This document shows, one piece after another, positions 1 to 12,160 of a stretch of 64,000 nt of DNA. Origin of the DNA: Pristiophorus japonicus (Eukaryota); assembly GCF_044704955.1 (NCBI RefSeq), contig NC_091984.1, positions 147,808,001 through 147,872,000 on the forward strand. The letters are read 5' to 3'. Under the pieces are notes generated by a model that made no database searches, was not told the DNA's origin, and saw only the letters and a list, made by a program, of their open reading frames with translations. Every line of letters starts with the position of its first letter. Position 1 is the stretch's first letter. Position numbers and translations under genes: made by a program.

Positions 1-1
1 G

Positions 2-3000
2 CCTGCGTCATTTACCGGGACCAAGCCTCCATGCACTAAACAGTATCCCATCAGTCCAACTGCCATCGCGGGAATCTTACCGGTTATTCAGCAATTGGAG
101 AAACAAGGGGTGCTTATTAAAATGCATAGCTCCTCCAATAGCTCCATGTGGCCGATACAGAAATCTAATGAGACTTGGCGTTTGACTGTCGATTATAGGA
201 AAACTAACCAGTGTATTGATCAAAAAGCTCCTTTGGTTGCAGATCCCTCCACCATTTTTAATGACCTCAAACCGGAACATAAATATTTCTCGGTTATAGA
301 TATGGCCAACGGATTTTGGTCGGTGCCTCTGGCACCGGAGGTTCGACAGTGGTTTGCTTTCACGGTCCAAGGACAACAGTATACTTGGACCCAGTTACCG
401 CAGGGTTTCCACAACAGCCCTACGGTATTCCACATGGCTTTACAAAGCCATTTGCGAGAATTACCTCCCCTGTCATCCACAGTCATCCAATATGTAGATG
501 ATATCCTGCTAGCTTCAAACACGGAAGACCAGCATGAACAAGATTTACGAGCTTTGCTGGACCACCTTCGGCTGAAAGGACATAAAGCCAGCATCGACAA
601 AGCACAAATATCCCAAGAAGAGATTGTATACCTGGGACAAAAGATTTCACAAGGAAAGAGAGAACTTACCCGGGATAGAACTGCAGCCAATTGGGCTGCT
701 ATAAAACCCACCACTATTCAGCAACTAAGGTCTTTTTTGGGATTGTGTAACTTTAACAGAAATTGGAGTGACTCCTTCACACAGCTTGCTCAGTCACTGA
801 ATGATATTTTAAAGGGGAAACGTGCCTCTAAAGAAGCCATCACCCTCACTAAGGAACAGCAAGAGGCCTTCCTGAGTTTGAAAAAGGCTTTGTGTTCAGC
901 ACCGGCTCTAGGAATCCCTGACAGTGGTAAGCCATTTGTCCTCTTTGTCCATGACAAAGAAGGATATATGACAGCGAAACTGACACAAGCACATGGGGAT
1001 CGGCAAAGACCTATTGGCTATTATTCGGCAAAACTGGATGCGGTATCCCTTGGATGGGGAAGTTGCCTAAGGGCTATGGTAGCTACATGTCGAACGGTAA
1101 TGATCACTGTGGGTCTAGTCCTCGACCAAAAGCTGATTGTCAAGTGTCCCCACAATGTACATGCTTTGCTGTCTATGAATAGAATGTCTCAGGTGACGGC
1201 AGCTAGATGGACCCGCTGGACAACAGTTTTGGAAGCTCCAAATCTCCATATCGTCCGGGCCAGCCCGGTTAATCCCGCAACTATGCTCCCGATGCCAGAA
1301 TCGAGGGAGCAAGAGGGGGGAGAATGTGAAGAGCATGACTGCGTGGAGATTTGAAAAGAAACAGAAGAAGCAGCCTTAGCAGCAGAGGAGCCTCTACACA
1401 ACCCAGACCTCATCCTGTTTACAGATGGTTCTTCCTTTGTTGACAATGGTACCAGAAAAGCAGGATGGGCAGTTACAACCTTATATGAGGTAGTGGCAAA
1501 AGGATGTTTACCCTCAGGAACGTCAGCACAACAGGCCGAGTTAAGGGCCCTGTCAGAAGCATGTCGAATAGCAGAAGGACAGACAGCTAATGTCGACACA
1601 GATTCACGTTATGCTTTTGGAGTCGTTCACGACTTTGGTCTGTTATGGCGGAAAAGAGGATTCCTCACTGCTGCTGGTACACCTATCCGAAATGGAAAAG
1701 AAGTCCGAGACTTACTGGAGGCCATACAATTACCTCAGGAAGTGTCCATCCTGAAGTGTAAGGCCCATACAAAGGAAAATACCACAGAAGCTCAGGGAAA
1801 TGCCCGAGCCGACCAGGCAGCTAAAGATGCCGCCTCACAGGGCGTTCCTCCAGAAGAACCAACACAGATGTGCAGATTGAAAGCACTCAGGACTCTGACA
1901 CGAGACATTCAAACAATGCAAGGCGAGCGCTCCCGAGAGGAAAAATGGACTGGATTGAGGCAGGAATTAAGCTATGTGAAGATGGTGTCTGATGACAAAG
2001 AGTTACCGACAAGCCAGTCGCGCCACAAGCGCTTATGCCTTTTTTAGCCCAACAGATCCACTCGTGGGGGCACTTGGCCTCACAACAGATGACGGCGCGG
2101 TTCCAGAAAAGCTGGTGGGGTCGGAGATTTAAAAAACATGCCCGGCTGGTAACAGACCGCTGTGTGGTCTGCCAGAAAAATAATTCTGGACCCATCACGG
2201 TAATGCCCCAACTGAGGCTCCCTGCCCCTGTCGGACCATTCCAGCATCTGCAGGTTGATTATATATCTCTTCCTTCATGCCAAGGATACACTAACATTCT
2301 AGTCATGGTCGACAGATTCTTTAGATGGGTAGAAGCTGTCCCAACTAAAAGAGCCACAGCCAATCACACTGCAAAGGTCTTTTGTAAGGATTACATTCCC
2401 CGATGGGGAGTCCCAAGTAGCATTGACTCAGATCAGGGAACACACTTCACAGGTGCTGTCTGCCAAGAAGTCTGTAGGTTACTGAACATTACGTGGGATT
2501 TACACTGTCCTTATCATTCACAATCATCAGGACAAGTAGAACGAATGAATCGAACTCTGAAACAACGGCTTGCCAAATATCACCAAGAAGGAACACCATG
2601 GCCCCAGGCACTACCAATAGTGCTATGTAGCATTAGGGCAACCCCGAACAGAACTACAGGTCTAAGCCCATTTGAAATTATAACAGGAAGAACCATGTCG
2701 CTGCCAGGAACTATCGATTTACGGAAAGCTGATGTTTACTTGATGAGTGACACTTTGTTATCATACTGTCAGAACCTAACCAATGCTATTAGTTATGTTT
2801 TCCGACAGGTATCGGCAGCTTGGGGTAATCCACCTGAAGGAGGACACGACATCATCCCGGGAGTCTGGGTGCATGTGAAAAAGTTGCATAAAGAACCTTT
2901 GGGTGTCAAGTGGGAGGGACCTTATCAAGTGTTATTGACCACCCAGGCAGCTGTTAAAGTCCAAGGAAAGAAAGCCTGGATCCACGCTTCACACGTTAAA

Positions 3001-3030
3001 CGAGCACCCGTAACTGAAGCTGAAATCTAA
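2..3030 (+). pseudogene. pol: Endogenous retrovirus pol (RT-RNase H-integrase), class I gamma/epsilon-like, disrupted; 5' part outside window
   Basis: RT motifs KQYPI, WRLTVDYR, LPQGFHNSP and YVDD; RNase H LFTDGSS, SAQQAELRAL and TDSRYAF; integrase HHCC (HSWGH...CVVC), D-D-E (QVDY, DSDQGTHF, QVERMNRTLK) and GPY (KWEGPY). Lesions: in-frame TGA at 1352-1354, frameshift near 1950, TGA TGA at 1990-1995. Confidence 0.96.
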
Positions 3031-3054
3031 TAAGGACAATTACTTTTTGCCAAA

Positions 3055-4406
3055 ATATATAAATTTACTGTATTACTGATTGAAGGTATCCTAGGCATAG
3101 ACCTACTTCTTACTAGCCGACCCTCTGCACCAAAGGGAAATAGTAGGGTTGCAAGGGAATTACATGTAAATACCTTTTTATATATGTCATACATTTATGC
3201 CAAACAAGATAACATTTCTAGTTGTTGGGTGTGAGCGCATATTCCTATTCACTCAAAGGGAGGGATTCCCTTGAGACCAGTTCCTTGAATATTTCGGAAA
3301 TGGCTGAGTGGATAATTAATCAAAACAAAATGGGCAATGCATTTCAGGATCAGGAAAACTGGGCACGTAAATGGAAGTCAGCAGGTTACAATCTGACTAC
3401 TTTTGAAGGGGGATACCAACCGTGCTACAATAATTCCAAACGGCCCCCATTTTTTGTTGTCACTAATACAACGGGAATCGGAAGACCGGGGGAATCGGTC
3501 TGTCTGATTATAAACATGAAAGGAGGCCAAAATATGGGGTATAGTAACTGCTCCCAGAATTATAATATAATCAAGCCACGGAACCGTCCAAACTGGGCCG
3601 ATGTGGGAATTCTTAACGTAACGGGGATTCTGAATAAAACAGATGGAAAAGCGTGGACAGGCCCCGGAGTGTTGCTGACAAAGAAACAGGTAACATTCAT
3701 TGCCTATAATGGCACCTATTGGGTGTGTGGCCACAAGGCCGACCCTTGGCTGCCCCAAAATTGGACGGGATCCTGCTATTTAGCCTACATTGTGCCTTAT
3801 ATGTATCATATAAAGTCACTGTCGGAACATTTATACCGTCCTAAGAGAGCTATCACAGAAACAGAGAGGTTCTTTGCCATTCTGATTCCCAGGTATGGGA
3901 TCGCCAGACTGGCAAGAGAATCCATTAACATGGCATCCGTTGTGGAATGGGTAGCCAATGATACCTCAGAGGCACGAGTTAAAATCAATGCAGAAATGGT
4001 AGCAATCCGCACAATAGCCCTACAGAATAGACTGGCACTTGATTACATCCTGGCTGAAAAGGGAGGTACTTGCGCCCTACTCGGAACTGAGTGTTGCACG
4101 TATATCCCAGATTGCTCCGAACAAATTACCCACTTAACGGAGCATATACAAAAGGAGGTAGAAAAACTTAAGCAACCCCCATCATTCACTTTGTGGAGTG
4201 GAGCTACTGAATGGCTAGGTTCAATGGGAACTTCATTGGTGGAAGGTTTAATTCTATTTGTTGTAATTATTTTACTTTTACATTGTTTGTTTATGTTGAT
4301 TTAATGTTGTTGCGACCAGGCGGCTGTAGCTGCTGTCCCACAGGTGAGACACCTTGCAGGTCCCAGCAGACCGTCTGTACATGGCATGGAGGTATGTTAT
4401 GCTTAA
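3055..4406 (+). pseudogene. env: ERV env, gamma-type (SU-TM), disrupted
   Basis: Furin site RPKR (3837-3848), immunosuppressive domain LQNRLALDYILAEKGG, CX6CC (CALLGTECC) and a hydrophobic TM. The N-terminus is in another frame: ATA at 3055 (probable lost ATG), SU CWVC motif read as CWV-stop (3223-3234), frameshift near 3285. TAA at 4302-4304 precedes a CCC-containing tail ending at 4406. Confidence 0.92.
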
Positions 4407-4660
4407 GGGAAGGTTGTTTACTGGTTGAATTAAGATATTGATTTGGATTAAATTGGAATAAGGTTAATTAACCTACTAAAACCAGACTTCCATTGTGGCC
4501 ACGATGGAATTCGGGTTGGTGTAAATTTGTGTCGAAGCTACTAGTGGCGAAACACATCAACAAATTTTAGAAGGAGACTCTATTAAAATCTATGAAATTA
4601 TTTTGTAGAATGTTTAACCAGTGATAGCTGATGTTTTATGATTCAGTTTGTGAAATAATC

Positions 4661-5031
4661 AAATGGGGGATTAATAGAGAATTCAAACAGGTTGCATTTA
4701 GACAGGCTGTGAAAATTCACAGACACCAATCAGAGATGCGACATGAGTGGGAGCATGTTGCATTAAGTCATCAATCAACTTGACATTTTAGGACTTTGGG
4801 TAGCGAGCCAATTGAAAGGTTAAAAGACTATTAATTGAGCCAATAAGGTCAAAGAAGGCGAGTTCTTCTCTGTAAATTGATCCAGGTATAAGTACAGCCA
4901 TTTTGACCATGTGATATCAGAAGGACAAAGACCTGGCTTAAAGCCAAGAGCTTCTGACTGCTGCCAAAAATAAAGTGACATTAAAACTACAATCGGAGTT
5001 CGTATTTCATTGGAAATTAAGAGATCGAACA
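4661..5031 (+). mobile_element. Polypurine tract and 3' LTR (~360 bp) of the ERV
   Basis: AAATGGGGGA (4661-4670), then CCAAT boxes (~4808, ~4840), TATAA (4887-4891), AATAAA (4969-4974) and terminal CA at 5030-5031. CR1 sequence follows directly, so the provirus sits in a CR1. The expected TG start appears as TA (4672). Confidence 0.8.
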
Positions 5032-5716
5032 ATATTCCAGGTGAGGCCTCACTAAGGTCCTGTACAGCTGCAGGAAGACCTCCCTGCTTCGATATTCAAA
5101 TCCCCTTGCTATGAAGGCCAACATACCATTTGCCTTCTTTACTACCTGCGTGCCCACTTTCAGTGACTAATGAACCATGGCACCCAGATCTCGTTGCACC
5201 TCCCCTTTTTCTAGTTTGCCGCCATTCAGATAATATTCTGCCTTCGTGTTTTTGCCCCCAAAATGGATAACCTCACATTTATCCACATTATACTGCATCT
5301 ACCATGCATTTGCCCACTCACCTAACCTGTCCAGGTCAGCCTGCTGCCTCTTAGAGTCCTCCTCACAGCTCACAATGCCACCCAGTTTAGTGTCATCCGC
5401 AAACTTGGACATATTACACTCAATTCCTTCATCTAAATCATTAATGTACATTGTAAAGAGCTGGGGTCCCAGCACTGAGCCCTGCGGCACTCCACTAGTC
5501 ACTGCCTGCCATTCTGAAAAGGACCCGTTTATCCCGACTCTCTGCTTTCTGTCTGCCAACCAGTTCCCTATCCACATCAGTATATTACCCCCAATAACAT
5601 GTGCTTTGATTTTGCACACCAATCTCTTGTGCGGGACCTTGTCAAAAGACTTTTGAAAGTCCAAATACACCACATCCACTGGTTCTCCCTTGTCCACTCT
5701 GCTAGTTACATCCTCA
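5032..5716 (-). mobile_element. CR1 LINE ORF2 (RT) fragment hosting the ERV
   Basis: ORF 5299..5697: [17 protein letters not shown]...[10 protein letters not shown]...KFADDTK. Confidence 0.93.
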
Positions 5717-5761
5717 AGTGGTTGACATTTAACTGCCCTGTGAAATGGCCCAGTGAGTCAC

Positions 5762-6390
5762 TGTAAGATGTGTGGATTTACCTCTCACCCATCCAACAGT
5801 TTATAGAGTTCGGACCCATGGAACAGACAGCTCAAGACAAAGGTTTCTGGAATAAGTTCTCTTTACTTAAAATCAACAAGAGGTTACAAGTAAGCCTCTA
5901 ATAGTACTGTTACACACAGTAATCCCAGATTATAAATAAACCTCTAATAGTACTGTTACAAACTTTCGCAGCTTTTTTTATACCCCAAAACTGGGCAGTC
6001 CCTCAGTGTGTCCGTGTCCCATTCGATGGGAGTAATGGGCAGTCCCTCAGTGAGTGCATGTCCCATTCGATGGGAGTAATGGCCGTAGATGTTCTTCTCC
6101 TCTCCTGATCAACCAACCAGACAGTTAATCAGTGGGCCTCAAAACTGGAGACTTCATGTGTGCTGATGTTCCTGTTTCTGGGTCTGTTCTCGCAAAGCTC
6201 TCATGGTCTGAAGGCCACTATTTCCCTTACCTGTGAAACACAGCTTTCGAAGTAGCTCAACCACAGGACAGCATGCAGCATTCAGCAGCTTTAATGGACA
6301 TTTGTGCAGCAGAAAGTCCTGTTGGGCTCGCGAGGCATGCTGGCACATAAAATCTGGTCAAGTTACAGCAAACTTGTACAAAATCTTTCC
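5762..6390 (-). mobile_element. Probable solo LTR (~630 bp) inside a LINE/SINE 3' tail
   Basis: Imperfect terminal inverted repeats (TGTAAGAT / rc GGAAAGAT), 4-bp flanks TCAC (5758-5761) and CCAC (6391-6394), minus-strand GGGGTATAAAA TATA box (~5975-5986), internal direct repeats. The host tail reads continuously across 5717-5761 and 6391-6513. Confidence 0.65.
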
Positions 6391-6513
6391 CCACTCAGTT
6401 GTACAAACCACTGTTAAAAAAAGGAACTGCGGTTCTTCTCAAGGGCAATTAGGGATGGACAATAAATGTTGCCTTACTGGTGACACCCACATCCCAGGAA
6501 CTAATAAAACAAA

Positions 6514-7935
6514 TTAAAGGGACAGTGGCAGCATGGATACGAAATTGGCTAAGGGACAGGAAACGGAGAGTAGTGGTGAACGGTTGTTTTTCGGACTGGA
6601 GGAAGGTATACGGTGGTGTTCCCCAGGGGTCGGTACTGGGACCACTGCTTTTCTTGGTGAATATCAATGATTTGGATGTGAGTACACAGGGCACAATTTA
6701 AAAATTTTCAGATGAAACAAAACTTGGAAGTACAGGTTGTACCTCCCTTATCGAGAATTCCCTTATCCGGAATCACTCCTCGACCAGAACCATTTCCGGC
6801 CACTCCGACGTGAACAAATTGAAGAAATGAAAGTCCTTCCTCACTGCCGACTCTCACAATCGCTGGCCTGACCCCGTGATCCACCGCCTCTCCTAATGAT
6901 CTCTCTACCACACTCCCAGCCCCAAGCCAGCCAGCCCCGATATCCCCTTGCTCAGTACCTGTACCATCCAATTTAACATGACCATCCCTCGTCTGGAAAA
7001 ATCCCTTATCCAGAACAGGCCAGGTCCCGAGGGTTCCGGATAATGGAGGTTTAATCTGTACAGTGATCAATGAGGAGGATGCTGATAGGCTTCAAAACAT
7101 AGACAGGTTGGTGGAATGGGCGTAGACGTGGCAGATGAAATTTAACGCAAAAAAGTGTAAAGTGATACATTTCAGCAGAAAGAATGATGAGAGGAAATAT
7201 AAACTAAAGATTACAATCATAAAGGGGGTAGCATGAACATAGAGACCTGGGGGTATATGTGCACAAATCGTTTTAGGTGGCAGGGCAGGTTGACAAAACG
7301 ATTTCAAGAAAGCATACGGGATCCTGGGCTTCATAAATAGAGGCATAGAGTACAAAAGCGTGGAAATTATGATGAACCTGTATAAAACACTGGTTTGGCC
7401 TCAACTGGAGTATTGTGTCCAAGGAGGTGAAAGCCTTGGAGAGGGTGCAGAGGGGATTTACAGGAATGGTTCCAGGGATGAGGGACTTCAGTTACGTGGA
7501 TAGACTGGAGAAGCTGAAGTTGTTCTCCTTGGAGCAGAGAAGGTTGAGAGGACATTTGTTGGAGGTGTTCAAAATCATGAGGGTTGTGGACAGAGTAGAT
7601 AGAGAGAAACTGTTCCCATTGGCTGAATGGTCGAGAACCAGAGGACACAGATTTAAGGTTTTTGGCAGAAGAACCAAAGGCGACATGAGGGAAAACTTTT
7701 TTACGCAGCGATTTTTACGCAACGTGGTTAGGATCTGGAATGCGCTGCCTGAAAGGGTGATGGAGACAGACTCAATCGTGGCTTTCAAAAGGGAATTGGA
7801 TAAGTACCTGAAAGTAAACAATTTGCAGGGCTACGGGGAAGGGGAGTGGGACTTGCTGAAGTGCTCTTGCAGAGAGCTGGCACATGCTTGATGGGCCGAA
7901 TGGCCTCCTCCTGTGCTGCAACCATTCTATGATTC
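6514..7935 (+). mobile_element. CR1 LINE 3' half, interrupted by a MITE
   Basis: [10 protein letters not shown]; C-terminal LERVQRGFT...RRLRG...FFTQR...WNALP; CR1-type 3' tail. Confidence 0.9.
6733..7058. mobile_element. Tc1/mariner-superfamily (pogo/Tigger-like) MITE
   Basis: TIRs CAGGTTGTACCTCCCTTATC and rc CAGATTAAACCTCCATTATC, TA duplication at 6731-6732 and 7059-7060, no ORF. Confidence 0.8.
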
Positions 7936-8765
7936 AGTGAGTTGCGAATGGAACTGAACACTGTGCAGTTATCAGTGAACATCCCCACTTCTGACCTTAT
8001 GGTGGAGGGAAGGTCATTGATGAAGCAGCTGAAGATGGTTGGGCCTAGGACACTGCCCTGAGGAACTCCTGCAGTGATGTCCTGGAGCTAAGATGATTGA
8101 CCTCCAACAACTACCACCATCTTCCTTTGTGCTCGGTGTGACTCCAGCCAGCGGAGAGTTTTCCCCCTGATTCTCAATGACTTCAGGTTTAATGGGCCCC
8201 TTGATCTCACACTTGGTCAAATGCTGGCTTGATGTCAAGGGCAGTCACTCTCACCTCACCTCTGGAATTCAGCTCTTTTGTCCATGCTTAGACCAAGGCT
8301 GTAATGAGTTCTGGGGCCAAGTGGTCGTCGCAGAACCCAAACTGAGCATCTATGAGCAGGTTATTAGTGAGTAAGTGCCGTTTGATAGCACTGTTGATGA
8401 CAACTTCCAGCACTTTGCTGATGATTGGGAGTAGACTGATGGGGCGGTAATTGGCCGGATTGGATTTGTCCTGCTTTTTGTGGACAGGACATACCTGGGC
8501 AGTTTTACACATTGTCGGATAGATGTCAGTGTTGTAGCTGTACTGGAACAGCTTGGCTAGAGGCGCGGATAGTTCTGGAGCACAAGATTTTAGCATGACA
8601 GCCAGGATGTTGCCGGGGCCCATAGCCTTTGCTGTATCCAGTGTGCTCAGCCATTTCTTGATATCACGTGGAGTGAATTGAATTGGCTGAAGACTGGCTT
8701 CTGAGATGGTAGGAACATCAGGAGGAGGCCAATATGGATCATCCACTCGGCACTTCTGCCTGAAT
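7936..8765 (-). mobile_element. CR1/L2-clade LINE RT fragment (second family)
   Basis: KAMGPG...VCPVHKKQDKSNPANYRPISLL...AQFGF. An endonuclease fragment at ~12200-12625 (PDIVLLTES) may belong to the same family. Confidence 0.85.
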
Positions 8766-10270
8766 GCTAGGAGAGACATTAAAAAGCAGCACCTCAAAGG
8801 TAGTAATCCCCGGATTACTCCCGGAGGCACCTGCTAGTGAGTACAGAAACAGGAGGATAGAGAAGGTGAATGCGTGTCTGGAGAGATGGTGCAGGATGAA
8901 GGGCTTTAGATTCCTGACGCATTGGGACCATTTCTGTTGGACCTGTACAAACTGGACGGGTTGCACCTCAACAGAGCCGGGACCAATATCCTCACGGGGG
9001 GCAGATTTGCTCGTGCAGTTGGGGAGGGTTTAAACTAGCTTGGAAGGGGGATGGGAACCGGAGAATAGATTCAGTGGGGAGAGAAGTAAAGCTGAAATTG
9101 GGCAGCAGATTCGTAGAAAGTGTATTTGGAAGACAGAGTAAACAAGGACTGGAAAATAGACAACAGGCAGTTTGGCAGTGCTAAATGGTATATACTTCAA
9201 TGCAAGGAGTATAGGGAATAAGGCTGAGATGAGCTGAGAGCACAGATAGACACTTGGGAGTACGATATTATAGCTATTACTGAGACATGGCTGAAAGGAG
9301 GGCAGGTATGGCAGCTCAACATTCCTGGTTACAGGGTTTTCAGACGGGATAGAGAGGGGGATAAAAAAGGAGGGGGGTCACAGTATTAATTAAAGAAACA
9401 ATTGCAGCTGTGAGAAGGGATGATATGTGAGAGGGGTCATCAAATGAGGCCATATGGGTTGAATAGAAGAACAAAAAAAGGGGCGATCACACTACTGGGA
9501 CTGTACCATAGACCCCCAAACAATTGGAGGGAGATAGAAGAACAAATATTTGGGCAAATTGCTGCGAAGTGCAAAAACTATAGAGCTGTAATAGTGGGGA
9601 ATTTCAACGACCCGAATATTAACTGGGAAAAAAGTAGTGTGAATGGTGCAGAAATTGCTAAAATGCATTCCGGAGAATTTCTTTAGCCAGTATGTAACAA
9701 GTGCACCAGATGGCGGGCGGTCGAGGGGGTCGTTCAGCCCGAATGCCTGCCTCTTTTCTGCGGGTACATTCGAGCCACGGTGTCCCTGGAGATGGAGCAC
9801 GCGGTGTCCACCGGTACGCTCGCAGCCTTCCGCGAGAGGTGGGCACCAGAGGGACTGGAGTGTGTCGTCACCCCCGGCAACCAAGTTTTAATTTGATCCT
9901 TTAAATGTCAAAAGTTTAATTTGTTTAATGTGTCGGTTTTAGTGCACCTTTAAGAATGGGGCACTTTATTCATCGTTTCATCAAAATAGTTGAAACAAGT
10001 CCAACAAGGGAGGGGGCGGTTCTGGACTTGGTTTTGGGGAGTGAAGAGGGGCAGGTGGAAAGGGTATCAGTGGGAGAGCATTTTGGTGTTAGTGATCATA
10101 ATTCAGTTAGATTTAGTGAAGTTATGGAAAAGGACAAAGGTGGACCTGGAATAAAAGTTCTCAATTGGGGAAAAGCCAATTTTGCTGAGCTGTGATGGGA
10201 TTTGGCCAAAGTGGACTGGAAACAACTACTTGATGGTAAATCAGTGTCAGAGCAGTGGGAGGTGTTCACG
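8766..10270 (+). mobile_element. CR1 ORF1 esterase end and ORF2 endonuclease fragment
   Basis: KVVIPGLLP..RNRRIEKVNACLERWC; YFNARSI, ITETWL, GNFNDPNINW and SDHN motifs. Confidence 0.88.
9703..9993 (+). mobile_element. 5'-truncated Tx1-like LINE 3' end nested in CR1
   Basis: Flanked by direct repeat AACAAGT (9696-9702, 9994-10000). It encodes a C-terminus (VSLEMEHAVSTGTLAAFRERWAPEGLEC) resembling Tx1-clade ORF2; the family call is from recall. Confidence 0.65.
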
Positions 10271-10274
10271 GAGG

Positions 10275-12160
10275 ATACCTCTACCACCCTTTCAAGCAGT
10301 GAGTTCCAGACCCCCACCATCTTCTGGGTGAAGTAATTTCCCCTCAAATCTCCTCTATACCTCCCCCAAATTACTTTAAATCTATGCCCCCTGGTTTTTA
10401 ACCCCTCTGCCAAGGAAACCAGGTCCGTCCTGTCCACTCTATCCAAGCCCCTCATAATTTTATACACCTCAATCAGGTCTCCCCTCAGCCTCCTCTGTAC
10501 CAAAGAAAACAACCCCAGCCTATCCAATCTTTCCTCATAGTTAAAATTCTCCAGTCCAGGCAACATCCTCGTAAATCTCCTCTGTACCCTCGGTTTAATG
10601 TCTCATCCGAAGAAATCGTACTGTTAATGAAACACTGAAGGCAAGAACTTTGAAGTGGTGGGAATACTCAATGTATCAAGACAGGAACATTGTCAACATT
10701 GATTGTGACATCATGCACTCACAACCTCCCCATAGTATGCACAATGTGAGCACCAGACCCGAGGACAGAACCCAAGGAGATGTGCCCAGCACCAATCCAG
10801 GACAATGATCAATGTAAAGCCAAAGCTGAATGTTATCAGGGCTGCTTTGCCGATGATTGCCCTGTGATCGCGGGCACCAGTAGCACACACACCTCTTGTG
10901 GGTACAGTCGTGTTATGGTTATGTTGCTGCAGAGCACTCCACAGGCCTGCACTAATAATCCCCACAATCTCACCATGGCCCTTTGACTATTTCAATTCAC
11001 CTCTTTTTTAAATTCTGGAAATAAAAAGCTGGTCTCAGTAAAAGTGACCACAAAGCTGTCAAATTGTCACAAAAGCCCAATTGGTTCAGTGACATCCTTT
11101 AGGGAAGGAAACCTGCCGTCCTTGCCACATAAAAGGTTACTGCCCAAGATAAGAGCTCACGGGGTTGGGGGTAATATATTAGCATGGATAGAGGATTGGC
11201 GAATGAACAGGAAACAGAGAGTCGGGATAAATGGGTCATTTTCAGGTTGGCAAACTGTAATTAGTGGGGTGCCGCAGGGATCAGTGCTGGGGCCTCAACT
11301 ATTTACAATCTATATAAATGACTTGAATGAAGGGACTGAGTGTAATGTAACCAAATTTGATGATGTACAAAGATAGGTAGGAATGCAAGTTGTGAGGAGG
11401 ACGCAACGATTCTGCAAATGGATATAGACAGGCGAAATAAAAGGGCAAAGATTTGTCAGATGTAGTATAATGTCGGAAAATGTGAGGTTATCCACTTTGG
11501 TAGGAAAAACAAAAAAGCAGATTATTATTTAAATGGGGAGAGATTACAAAATGCTGCGATACAGTCATTGATATCTTCCTGCAGTCTACAGCTTTCTTCT
11601 TCATTATCAACCACACAGCCGGTTTTAGTATCATCTGCAATCTTCTGAATCATACTCACGATATTGAAGTCTAAATCACTGATATATACCACAAAAAGCA
11701 AGGGACCCGGCACTGAGCCCTGCAGAACCCCACTGGAAACAGCCTTCCAATCACAAAAACACCCATCAACCATTACCCTCTGCTTCCTGCCTCTGAACCA
11801 ATTTTGGATCCAACTTGTCACTTTGCCCTGGATCCCTGGGCTTTTACTTTCATGACAAGTCTGCCATGTGGGACCTTATCAAAAGCCTTGTTAAAATCCA
11901 TACACACGACATCATATGCACTGCCCTCATCGATCCTCCTGGTAACCTCCGCAAAAAATTCAATTAAGTTATTCGACATGACCTTCCCTTAACAAATCCA
12001 TGCTGACTGTCCTTGATTAATCCGTGTTTTGTTCAATGAAGATTCCTCCTATCCCACCCCCGAGGTTAGGCTGACTGACCTGTAGTGACTCGATCTATCC
12101 CTTGCTCCCTTTTTAAACAAAGGTACCACGTTTGCAGTCCTCCAGGCCTCCGGTACCTGG
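10275..12160. mobile_element. Mosaic of CR1 fragments (- 10275-10590, + ~11124-11560, - ~11563-12160) with a SINE piece
   Basis: CR1 ORF2 peptides in ORFs 10096..10566, 11044..11376 and 11525..11821. Confidence 0.85.

Noticed and set aside
3222-4304. Domesticated syncytin-like env
   Set aside because: Start codon, signal-peptide frame and CxxC are disrupted, and it lies in a decaying provirus.
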